From: a candidate division WOR-3 bacterium
GTDB taxonomy: Bacteria; Hydrothermota; Tepidihabitantia; Tepidihabitantales; Tepidihabitantaceae
Reading direction: 5' to 3'
Length of the DNA: 17,985 nt
Assembly: GCA_039801225.1 (NCBI GenBank)
Contig: JBDRUH010000027.1
Location: forward strand, 1-17,985
Shown here piece after piece: positions 1 through 8,218 of this stretch. The notes beneath the pieces are model-generated. The model had not been told where the DNA came from, made no database searches, and saw only the letters and a program-made list of their open reading frames with translations. Numbering within the stretch: position 1 is the stretch's first letter; the number at the start of each line of letters is the position of its first letter. A program made the position numbers and the translations under genes.

Positions 1-27
1 AACAAAAGATTAAAATATTTTATGGAG

Positions 28-33
28 TATAAT
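28..33 (+). promoter_or_regulatory. Possible sigma70 -10 element for the surface-protein operon
   Basis: Perfect TATAAT in an AT-rich stretch ~110 nt upstream of the GTG at 146; no convincing -35 at 16-18 bp. Confidence 0.4.
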
Positions 34-145
34 CTGTATTTCAGTAGCGTGCCTGATGTAAACTTCCCGAATCGGGCGGCACTCGTTTTAGCGAAGTGCC
101 CAATGTTTCTCCTTTGGCAATATTTAATTTTTACTAGGAGGTAAA

Positions 146-1210
146 GTGTGGCTAAATGTTAGAGAGTATCTGACCCGAGAAGCGGGCACGATTCGTGTTA
201 GAATCGGACTGGGTTCTGTGTTAGTGGCTATCGGCTTTATCCTCACTATCGCTGGTATCTGGGGATGTGGTCGAATGCCACCGGCAGAACCCTGGCAACC
301 TACCGCCGCAGATAGCGCGGGGATTGATTCGGTGGTTAAGGCATATAAACAACTGCTCAAGTTGGATTTCCCGGAGTTGGGATTTCAGTTTCTTAAGTGG
401 ACGGTGCCGGATACTATCCTCAAAAAGGCGATTAGCGACAATCCGTTCAGGCAAAAATATCGTTGCGACTCTTTACAGCACATCTTTTCTGCCGAGTCGC
501 TGCAATTTTTTAAATTCTCCTTTGTCGCCACACTGGACACCGCCGAACAGGAGACGACAGCAACGGTTACAGTAGTGGAAACCATTCCAGGGATTTTACG
601 GCTGCATGCGTTCCAATATACCCGTTTTCTGCGGGATTCAATTATCATTACCCCGGGTGAGACGCTGAGGCTGAAGTTTTATGACTCGGTTTTTACTGAC
701 ACTTCAATGATTGTGGAAAAGCCGATGCAGGGGGTGGTGAATGGTGGTTGTGTGCTGAGGAAAGAGGATGGGGAATGGCGTTTTTGGAAGTGGGATGGTG
801 GTCAGCGGTTTTCGGCACCAACCCCAGAGGATGCCCCTTATCTCCTTGCCGCGGACATAAAGGACGGGGTGAAAACAACCCGGTATTACCTGCGACCGGA
901 TACGACCCAGTTTGGCGTCCAGCGGTTTTATGGAACAGGTGAACTTCTGAGTTATAAAGCAGGAGACAGTCTTTGGGTGACGCCGGTTAATGTTTTAACC
1001 ACCGACCCGAACCATTTCTATTTCTTCTTCTTTAAGGGGATTCGTTACCCGATGGGAGATACCAATAAGATAAGGTTTGGTTTACCCGACACCGGCGTTC
1101 AGCGGCTCTTCATTGAGAAAATTCCCTATGAGGTTTTTTATGATGCCGGCGGCGAGTTGAACGCAGCGGGTTGGGGTATACCAATTTATATTCAAGGAGG
1201 TGGGCAATGA
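146..1210 (+). CDS. Putative lipoprotein of unknown function (354 aa)
   Basis: AGGAGG at 136-141 before GTG; hydrophobic stretch ending in lipobox-like IWG-C41; stop overlaps the next start (ATGA at 1207-1210). Confidence 0.75.
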   Translation: MWLNVREYLTREAGTIRVRIGLGSVLVAIGFILTIAGIWGCGRMPPAEPWQPTAADSAGIDSVVKAYKQLLKLDFPELGFQFLKWTVPDTILKKAISDNPFRQKYRCDSLQHIFSAESLQFFKFSFVATLDTAEQETTATVTVVETIPGILRLHAFQYTRFLRDSIIITPGETLRLKFYDSVFTDTSMIVEKPMQGVVNGGCVLRKEDGEWRFWKWDGGQRFSAPTPEDAPYLLAADIKDGVKTTRYYLRPDTTQFGVQRFYGTGELLSYKAGDSLWVTPVNVLTTDPNHFYFFFFKGIRYPMGDTNKIRFGLPDTGVQRLFIEKIPYEVFYDAGGELNAAGWGIPIYIQGGGQ

Positions 1211-4080
1211 AGAGAATAGTAGTTCCAAAGTCAAATCTCCAAAGCCAAATCTCAAATTTGGCTTTTGGCTTTTGGCTTTTGGCTTTGCTCTGTAGCGCCG
1301 CCTTGGCAGGTGTTACCGGCACAATCCGGGGGCGGGTAACCGATAAGAAGACTGGTGAACCACTAATCGCGGTTAATGTAATAGTGATTGGCACCGAGTT
1401 GGGCGCGGCTACCGATGCGAACGGAGTTTATGAGATTATCAATGTTCCGCCAGGGAGATATAAACTAACCGCTTCTTATGTAGGTTATCAGGAGATGACC
1501 GTAAGCGATGTCCTGGTGGTGCAGGACAATGTTACCGTGGTTGATTTTAAGTTAAGCCCAACGGTGATTGAGGTCGGACCGGTGGAGGTGAAGGCAGAGC
1601 GACCGTTGGTTAACCGGGGACAGGTTACGGTGGAGCGGGTGCTCACCGATGAGGAGTTCAAACGGCTGCCGGTGGTTCAGCTTTCGGAACTGGTCGGTAT
1701 GCAGGCGGGTGTAACCCAGAGCGCCGGTGGCGGCTGGACCCATATCCGGGGTGGTAGATATGACGATGTTGCTTATCTGGTTGATGGCGTTGCTGCCCAG
1801 GATGCGGTGGTGGGAACCCTATGGTCAAGCCCGAGACCAACTTCGGACGCACTTTCTTCGGTGGTGGTGATTACCGGCGGATTTGATGCGGAATATGGCT
1901 CGGCGATGTCCGGGATTATTAAGGCGGTAACCAAGGAGGGCGGTGGTAATCTATCCGGACGGGTACGGTATTTGACTGATGAGGTGTTTCCCAAACCGGA
2001 TTTGAACTTCGGTTATAATCGGTTGACATTTTCTTTAGGCGGTCCAACACCTTTGTGGAATCGGTTGCGGTATTTTATCTCTACGGAGTATTATAAGACC
2101 GATGATGACCGTAACTGCCTTTATAAGGTCCCGGCACCGCGGGGGGAGTATGCGGTAGAAGGTAAGTTGACGCTGCAGATGCCAAAGGGGTTCTTCTTGA
2201 CCCGCGAGGGGTTGAAGTTGACGCTGGATGGTCATCACTCTAACTATCAGTGGCAGGCTTTCGGGCACGCCTGGAGGTTCTGGCAAAGAGGTCTTTATGC
2301 CAACCGGGTGCGGTCTTATAAGGCAAACTTAACTCTAAACCATATGCTTGCTCCTGATCTGCTCTATGAGGCGAAGATTGGCTGGTTTTCTACCTCTTTG
2401 ATTAGAACGGTGCGGAATTTTTATGCCGAACAGGCGGACACAACCGGATTCTGGGGATTTTTGCGCCGGAGTGGTATCTGGGACCGCTATATATTCCGGG
2501 CTGAGGACTGGGTGTTTAATAATCCGGAGGGGCTGTCAAAGAAGGAGGCGGTAAAGCAGCTGTGGCGTTCTTACTGGCTCAGTCCGAATGGGGATACGGT
2601 CTATGCCCATCCCGGTGGTAAAAACTTCACCCAGGCTTATGCTTTAATTGACAATCCGTATGGCGTCCCCGGTCTGTTTGTTACTGAGGGTGATAACCGG
2701 ACCTGGCATTATCGCTCAACTGAGGATATCCTGTTTAAGTTTGACCTTACCAAGACCGTCTCCAAGATTCACGAACTGAAGACCGGTCTGGACATCACTC
2801 AGTATTCGGTCTCAATGTATGATAATTCCCTGCCCTGGGACCAGAACCCGTTCTGGGATGCGTATAACTATAAGCCTCTGGTGGCGGCGGCATATGTTCA
2901 GGACCGGGCAGACTTTGAGGACCTGGTGGTGCGTGCCGGGGTGCGGTTTGACTATCTTGACGCCAAGGCGAAGGTCCGGGCGTTTCCCGAGTCTCTGGGC
3001 GCCACACCAGAGATTGCTGATAGTTTCATACCGGTGGCGCCGAAGTTTCGGCTCTCGCCAAGGCTGGGAATTTCCTATCCGATTACTGAGCGGGTGAAGT
3101 TCCGTTTCTCCTACGGGCATTTCTTTAAGAACCCGGTTTTTGCCAATCTTTATGAGTATGGTGAGCGTTCGGCAGCGGAGTTGCGCGGGCGGGGAAACAT
3201 CATCGTCGGTAACCCGAATATGAGCGCCGAGAAGACCATCGCCTATGAGTTGGGTTTTGATGCCCAGTTGACCGATATCTTTGCCTTTGACCTTACCGCC
3301 TTCTATAAGGATGTCTTTGACCTTTCCGGTGTTCGTCCGGTCCCAGCCCTGCCCCAGCCCTATACGATGTATTACAATGTGGAGTATGCCCGGATTCAGG
3401 GGTTTGAGGCAACGATGACCAAGGCGCTTTTTAACTACTGGTCGGCTCAGTTAGGCTACACATTCTCCATCGCCAAAGGCACCGCATCAACCGCAACCGA
3501 CCAGTATCAGCGGACCACACCCCTGCAGGTTGACTATTACCTTGACCATGACCAGCGCCACTCACTCCACGGCAACATCGGCTGTGCTTTCCCCAATGAC
3601 TTTGCGTTTGTGCCGCTGCGCGATTTTAACGCCTCGGCGGTGGCTTCATACGCCTCCGGTTTACCCTACACACCAACGAATATTAAAGGGGAGCGAACCG
3701 GACCGGAAAATTCCGCCCGGATGCCGGCAACTTTCACCATTGATACGAGGTTAGCAAAGGACTTCAAAGTGGGTGGTCTTACTCTCTCGTTGAATTGTGA
3801 TATTTCCAATCTGCTTAATACCAAGGTGGTTGCCAGCGTCTATTCGGCGACCGGTAAGCCCGATTACGATGGTAGACTGATTACACCACAGGAGTTTTCC
3901 GGTGGACTTTTGTTTGGCGACCCTTACTATCATCCAGCACGAGACTACAATCACGATGGGTATATCACTCAATTTGAAATGTTTCATTCTTATATGCGGG
4001 CGCGGGAGTACTATATGAAAGCACCCACCTACTATGGTCCGTCGCGGAAAATCCGGATTGGCATTAGCCTGTCGTTTTAA
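1207..4080 (+). CDS. TonB-dependent receptor with N-terminal carboxypeptidase-regulatory-like domain (957 aa from ATG 1207)
   Basis: AAGGAGG at 1194-1200; signal peptide ending ALA; GTIRGRVTD...GEPLIAVNV...TASYVGY domain; plug motifs HIRGGR, YLVDG, GGFDAEYG; barrel strands; C-terminal Phe (IGISLSF). Confidence 0.93.
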   Translation: MKRIVVPKSNLQSQISNLAFGFWLLALLCSAALAGVTGTIRGRVTDKKTGEPLIAVNVIVIGTELGAATDANGVYEIINVPPGRYKLTASYVGYQEMTVSDVLVVQDNVTVVDFKLSPTVIEVGPVEVKAERPLVNRGQVTVERVLTDEEFKRLPVVQLSELVGMQAGVTQSAGGGWTHIRGGRYDDVAYLVDGVAAQDAVVGTLWSSPRPTSDALSSVVVITGGFDAEYGSAMSGIIKAVTKEGGGNLSGRVRYLTDEVFPKPDLNFGYNRLTFSLGGPTPLWNRLRYFISTEYYKTDDDRNCLYKVPAPRGEYAVEGKLTLQMPKGFFLTREGLKLTLDGHHSNYQWQAFGHAWRFWQRGLYANRVRSYKANLTLNHMLAPDLLYEAKIGWFSTSLIRTVRNFYAEQADTTGFWGFLRRSGIWDRYIFRAEDWVFNNPEGLSKKEAVKQLWRSYWLSPNGDTVYAHPGGKNFTQAYALIDNPYGVPGLFVTEGDNRTWHYRSTEDILFKFDLTKTVSKIHELKTGLDITQYSVSMYDNSLPWDQNPFWDAYNYKPLVAAAYVQDRADFEDLVVRAGVRFDYLDAKAKVRAFPESLGATPEIADSFIPVAPKFRLSPRLGISYPITERVKFRFSYGHFFKNPVFANLYEYGERSAAELRGRGNIIVGNPNMSAEKTIAYELGFDAQLTDIFAFDLTAFYKDVFDLSGVRPVPALPQPYTMYYNVEYARIQGFEATMTKALFNYWSAQLGYTFSIAKGTASTATDQYQRTTPLQVDYYLDHDQRHSLHGNIGCAFPNDFAFVPLRDFNASAVASYASGLPYTPTNIKGERTGPENSARMPATFTIDTRLAKDFKVGGLTLSLNCDISNLLNTKVVASVYSATGKPDYDGRLITPQEFSGGLLFGDPYYHPARDYNHDGYITQFEMFHSYMRAREYYMKAPTYYGPSRKIRIGISLSF
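1224..1286. repeat. Inverted heptamer array inside the signal peptide of the TonB receptor
   Basis: TCCAAAG TCAAATC TCCAAAG CCAAATC TCAAATT (1224-1258) followed by (TTGGCTT)x4 (1258-1285); AAAGCCAAA 1241-1249 pairs with TTTGGCTTT 1257-1265. Confidence 0.9.
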
Positions 4081-4089
4081 GGAGGAAGA

Positions 4090-7000
4090 ATGAACCCAAA
4101 AGTAAGAATGAGTAGAGTAGGGCACAGCCGACAGCCGACAGTCGTCAGCCGATTCCAAAATGCAAACCTGAAGGTTTGCCCTACCTTACTAATGTTACTT
4201 CTGATATTAACCAGTTTTTCCTGGGCTAAAACCGCTGCACCGGTTAAAGGCGCAAAGCGAATCTATGATATGAAGTGGCTGAACATCAACCGCTGGAGTT
4301 GTCCATTTTACAACGATGGACGATATGGCATTGATGTTACCATAGGAACCGGGCAGGCGGGTGGTTCCTGGCCACAACCGCTGAGAAATTTCTACATTTT
4401 CGGTGCCGGGATGTGGTTTGGTTCACTTAAACCGAGGGGTGATGGCAAGATAGATACGCTGGTCTCATTTGGCTACAACCCAAACTCTGGTGGAACTGAG
4501 CTGACGCCAACATTGTGCAGGTATGCCGGGGAGGGAGCGGGTAATCCCGACGACCGAATTTTTGTCTATCCAGGTGATTGGCCACCAAGTCCACGCAGTC
4601 GGTGGGAGACCGGTGACCCGAAATTGGATAGCGTTCTGATACCTTATGAGGCGTTTTCCCTCCAGGATATGTGGTGTGTTTATTCGGACGGTGCACCAGA
4701 AAACCACATCGCTCCGGGTAAACCGCAAAACATTGATGTTTATCAGCTGGTTTATGCCTGGAACTACCCGGCGAATCAGGACATATTTTTTATAATTTAT
4801 AATGTCCGAAACTCCGGTAGCGACACGCTGAAACGATGCTATATTGGTGCGGTGATGGACCCGGATATCGGCGGCGCCAGTGATGATATGGTCGGGTTCA
4901 TTCTCAGTGATTTAATTCCTGGGGTTCCAGATACTGTTAAGAATGTTGGCTATGCCGGTGATAATGACAATGTGGAGAGCCCGGGTTCAACCTGGGAGTC
5001 CGGAACACCTGGTGTGGTTGCTTATAAGTTCCTGGACAGTCCAAAGCGGATAACTGCGACAGGAGAGACCGTCCCCTTGGGTATGACCGCATTCAAGAAG
5101 TTCACGATTGAGATTGACCCGGTTACCGACCCGGCGCAGTATCTGACAATGGCGGGCTATGATTACCGCAGTGGTGTTTATTCTGCTTACGACTCGGTTG
5201 ATATAACCCCAGCAGACAAGCGGTTCATCCAGTGTTCCGGTCCGTTTGATCTGGCACCGGGGCAGGTGGAGCGATTGGTTGTCGCGGCGATTGCCGCACC
5301 TTTCGGCGGTCCGAACCAGTCCTGGGCAAACCGTCCCAAGGATTCACTCATCCATCTGGCTAAAGTTGCCAATGCGGCGCAGTTTATTTACGACAACAAC
5401 TGGCTTCTGCCCGGACCACCACCTTCACCCAATATTACCCTGGTGCCCGGGGACAAACAGGTAAGGATCGTCTGGGATGACCTGCCGGAGCGGACACCAG
5501 ACCGGTACTGGGAAAAGGTGGCAAGATACCAGGGGACATCCGGTTATGACCCGAAATACCGTGGTTATGACTTCCAGGGATATATTGTTTATAAGTCGCG
5601 TGATGGCTCTAACTGGCAGATTATTGCCCAGTGCGACCTGGCAGATACCCTGCCAAAACCGGGCAGCGAGAGCCAGTGGCCCTATAAAGTGGAGATACCC
5701 GAGGTTGGGGGAGTTCCTACTGATACCATCTATTACTGGCCTATCGGTCGTGATGAGACTCAACCGGAAAGCCTGTGGCTCAGGATGAATAATAACGGTG
5801 TTTTCTACACATTTCTTGATAAGGATGTTATTAACGGCTATCAGTATTACTACTGTGTCTGCGCCTACGACTGGAATTATATTACCACCGATACCAACGC
5901 TCAGGGGCAGCCAATCGCCTGGGATACTTTAGTCCTGCGGTCCGGGATAGTGGCAAACTTTTCTACCGTGCCGCGCTGGGAGCCGGTGAACTATATCCCG
6001 CCGGGCGAGTGTCAGGTGGTGCGATTGAAGGGCGATGCGGAAAACAACGGGCTCTCCTTTTCTACCAAGGTGGTGGTGCCTTTCCAGGTTACCGGTGACA
6101 CCTTTGAACTGCGGTTTTTAGGACCGACCTGGAGCGGTGCCACCGATAGGTCAATATACTCCTATTATGTGGTGAACACCTCCAAGAATGAACTCCTAAC
6201 TGTGGATACCACATCCTTTGACTATACTGTTACCGCTTCTCCTAAGACAAAGTCGGTGAATGTTCCGGTATTCAATGGTCTGGCACTCACATTAAAACTG
6301 AAACTGGGCATTCCGAATGCGCCCTTTGATGCGGCGAGTGTGTTGATCGGACACTATCCTGCGGACTCGTTAAGAATCGGTGCCGCACCATCACAAGCCT
6401 ACTGGGCGTTCCGTGGTTCAGACTATCGGATTGAATGGATGAACAATAATGGGTATCTCACCGCCAAGGTATACGATGTAACCAATGGCGATATAGAAGT
6501 GCCTTACAGCCCATTTGGCACCCGGGATACAACAGGACAGAAGAAGGCGGATGGCTGGTGTTTCTTTGACTCCCGATTCAACCCAACCGACACGCTCAAA
6601 GGAACAGCAAAATTTTTATACATCTGCGGTGGTTTAATTCAGTTCCAGAAATCGGGCGACAGTCTGCGCAGTTTTATCAATTTGATTGAACCGGGTGATG
6701 TGTGGCTTTTGACCGGGCACCGGGCGGAAGGTTCAGCGCCATTCTATAATGTCTATCAGGTCATTCCAATCCCGGGTTATGCTGATACCACAACCAAGCT
6801 AACTCTGAATGTTAAGGTAGTTCCCAACCCCTATATTGTCTTCAACCCGTGGGAGAAGTCGTCAGAACAGCGCATCGTCAAATTCACCCATCTGCCCAAC
6901 ACCTGCACGATAAGAATCTTCACCATCTCCGGGGACCTGGTGAAGGTGATTGAGCACAAAGACACCAGGAAGCAACCACTGGATGAGGGGGGCACCGCAA

Positions 7001-7110
7001 CCTGGGATATGGTTAATGACTACGGGCAGTTAATCGCTTCAGGTGTATATATCTATCATGTGAAGTCGCCGGTGGGCGAGTGCACCGGTAAGTTGATGTT
7101 CATCCACTAA
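4090..7110 (+). CDS. Large secreted protein with FN3-like region and T9SS-type/FlgD-like C-terminal domain (1006 aa)
   Basis: AAGGAGG at 4079-4085; signal peptide ending SWA; PPPSPNITLVPGDKQVRIVWD...FQGYIVYKS; C-terminal VKVVPNPY...TIRIFTISGDLVK...WD...IASGVYIYHV. Confidence 0.85.
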   Translation: MNPKVRMSRVGHSRQPTVVSRFQNANLKVCPTLLMLLLILTSFSWAKTAAPVKGAKRIYDMKWLNINRWSCPFYNDGRYGIDVTIGTGQAGGSWPQPLRNFYIFGAGMWFGSLKPRGDGKIDTLVSFGYNPNSGGTELTPTLCRYAGEGAGNPDDRIFVYPGDWPPSPRSRWETGDPKLDSVLIPYEAFSLQDMWCVYSDGAPENHIAPGKPQNIDVYQLVYAWNYPANQDIFFIIYNVRNSGSDTLKRCYIGAVMDPDIGGASDDMVGFILSDLIPGVPDTVKNVGYAGDNDNVESPGSTWESGTPGVVAYKFLDSPKRITATGETVPLGMTAFKKFTIEIDPVTDPAQYLTMAGYDYRSGVYSAYDSVDITPADKRFIQCSGPFDLAPGQVERLVVAAIAAPFGGPNQSWANRPKDSLIHLAKVANAAQFIYDNNWLLPGPPPSPNITLVPGDKQVRIVWDDLPERTPDRYWEKVARYQGTSGYDPKYRGYDFQGYIVYKSRDGSNWQIIAQCDLADTLPKPGSESQWPYKVEIPEVGGVPTDTIYYWPIGRDETQPESLWLRMNNNGVFYTFLDKDVINGYQYYYCVCAYDWNYITTDTNAQGQPIAWDTLVLRSGIVANFSTVPRWEPVNYIPPGECQVVRLKGDAENNGLSFSTKVVVPFQVTGDTFELRFLGPTWSGATDRSIYSYYVVNTSKNELLTVDTTSFDYTVTASPKTKSVNVPVFNGLALTLKLKLGIPNAPFDAASVLIGHYPADSLRIGAAPSQAYWAFRGSDYRIEWMNNNGYLTAKVYDVTNGDIEVPYSPFGTRDTTGQKKADGWCFFDSRFNPTDTLKGTAKFLYICGGLIQFQKSGDSLRSFINLIEPGDVWLLTGHRAEGSAPFYNVYQVIPIPGYADTTTKLTLNVKVVPNPYIVFNPWEKSSEQRIVKFTHLPNTCTIRIFTISGDLVKVIEHKDTRKQPLDEGGTATWDMVNDYGQLIASGVYIYHVKSPVGECTGKLMFIH
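4117..4184. repeat. GTAG-type REP-like element containing a CAGCCGA heptamer array, in frame in the signal-peptide n-region
   Basis: Terminal inverted GTAGGGCA (4117-4124) / TGCCCTAC (4177-4184); hairpin GCAAACC-TGAA-GGTTTGC (4162-4179); CAGCCGA CAGCCGA CAGTCGT CAGCCGA (4125-4152). Confidence 0.8.
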
Positions 7111-7122
7111 GGGAGGTTAAAA

Positions 7123-8205
7123 ATGAAGTCAAAAGTCAAAAGTCAAGTTAAGGAAATGCGGAATGCGAAATGCGGAATACGGATGATGGTTTTGGGACTC
7201 CTGGTCCTTTTCACTCTCTCCTGGGCAACTTTTAATAAGGTGGCAACGACCGGTGCTTCGTTTTTGAAAATCAGTGTTGGACGGGCATCGGGTATGGGTG
7301 ATGCCTTTACCGCGCTGGCTGATGACGCATCGGCGGGGTACTTTAATCCCGCGGGTCTGGCATATATCACCAGGCAGGCACAGTTTGAGCACGCCAACTG
7401 GTTTGCCGATGTGAATCATGACTTCCTCACCGTCGTGTTGCCGGTTACCAATTTTGGCACGATTGCCTTTTCCGCAACCGCGGTTACAATGGGCGAAATA
7501 GAGCAAACCACGGTTGATGACCCGGCAACGCCGGCAAGGGAGGATGAAGGCACCGGGCTCTTGATCGGTGCTAATGACTTGGCGGTTGGCATCTCCTACT
7601 CGCGGATAATTACCGATAAACTTTCGTTTGGACTCACGGTAAAGGGGGTCCAGGAGAACATCTGGGATTTGTCCGCGCAGGCGATGGGCGTTGACCTCGG
7701 TCTATTTTATAATACTGGTTTCAAGTCGCTCCGCCTCGGCACCGCGGTTACCAATTTCGGCACCCAACTGGCATTTAGCGGTCCGCATCTGGACTTCACC
7801 TTCTCCTGGCCCGACTCCGGCCCCAGTCAGTTACAGGGTTCTTACAAAACCACTCCAGCACCCCTTCCCACCACCTTCCGTTTCGGGGTGGCGATGGACT
7901 TAATAAAGGACGAAAACAACCGGTTGACCGCGGCGATTGATTTGGTTCACCCTTCAGACATCAATGAGACGGTGAATATCGGACTGGAGTATTGCCTGGC
8001 GGATATGCTTTCTCTCCGGGGTGGGTATATCCTGAATACTGACCAGGAGTATCAGAAAAAGATAGACTCACGTACCGGGCTCTGTGCCGGCGTCGGCATC
8101 AAGGGAAAGCCAACCCCGGCATTGGAGTTATCGCTGAACTACGCCTTCCGTTACTATGAGTTCATCAAACCGACCCATCGCCTGATGCTCACAGTTGGTT
8201 TCTAA
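7123..8205 (+). CDS. PorV/PorQ (UPF0164)-family outer-membrane beta-barrel protein
   Basis: GGGAGG at 7111-7116; ASFLKISVGRASGMGDAFTALADDASAGYFNPAGL motif typical of PorV/FadL-like barrels; C-terminal Phe (LTVGF). Confidence 0.87.
   Translation: MKSKVKSQVKEMRNAKCGIRMMVLGLLVLFTLSWATFNKVATTGASFLKISVGRASGMGDAFTALADDASAGYFNPAGLAYITRQAQFEHANWFADVNHDFLTVVLPVTNFGTIAFSATAVTMGEIEQTTVDDPATPAREDEGTGLLIGANDLAVGISYSRIITDKLSFGLTVKGVQENIWDLSAQAMGVDLGLFYNTGFKSLRLGTAVTNFGTQLAFSGPHLDFTFSWPDSGPSQLQGSYKTTPAPLPTTFRFGVAMDLIKDENNRLTAAIDLVHPSDINETVNIGLEYCLADMLSLRGGYILNTDQEYQKKIDSRTGLCAGVGIKGKPTPALELSLNYAFRYYEFIKPTHRLMLTVGF
7126..7182. repeat. Two heptamer arrays immediately after the start codon
   Basis: (AAGTCAA)x3 at 7126-7146; AATGCGG AATGCGA AATGCGG AATACGG at 7155-7182; encodes KSKVKSQ...MRNAKCGIR. 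Confidence 0.9.
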
Positions 8206-8218
8206 TCCTCGGAAAAGG

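Noticed and set aside
53..100. CTGATG...CGAA resembling a hammerhead ribozyme core or fluoride riboswitch fragments
   Set aside because: Core reads CTGATGT rather than CTGATGA, the GAAA/NUH arrangement is missing, and the fluoride pseudoknot complement is absent
41..103. Minus-strand 20-codon ORF (TTG start) behind AAGGAG
   Set aside because: Very short, weak start, no recognisable motif; the AAGGAG is equally explained as an anti-SD on the plus strand
174..197. Small palindromes CCCG-AGAAG-CGGG and CACGA-T-TCGTG in the lipoprotein n-region
   Set aside because: Stems of only 4-5 bp could be chance; no clear match to the other repeat families
1171..1206. ORF-track N-terminal extension of the TonB receptor
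   Set aside because: Strong AAGGAGG at 1194-1200 and the ATGA overlap favour ATG 1207
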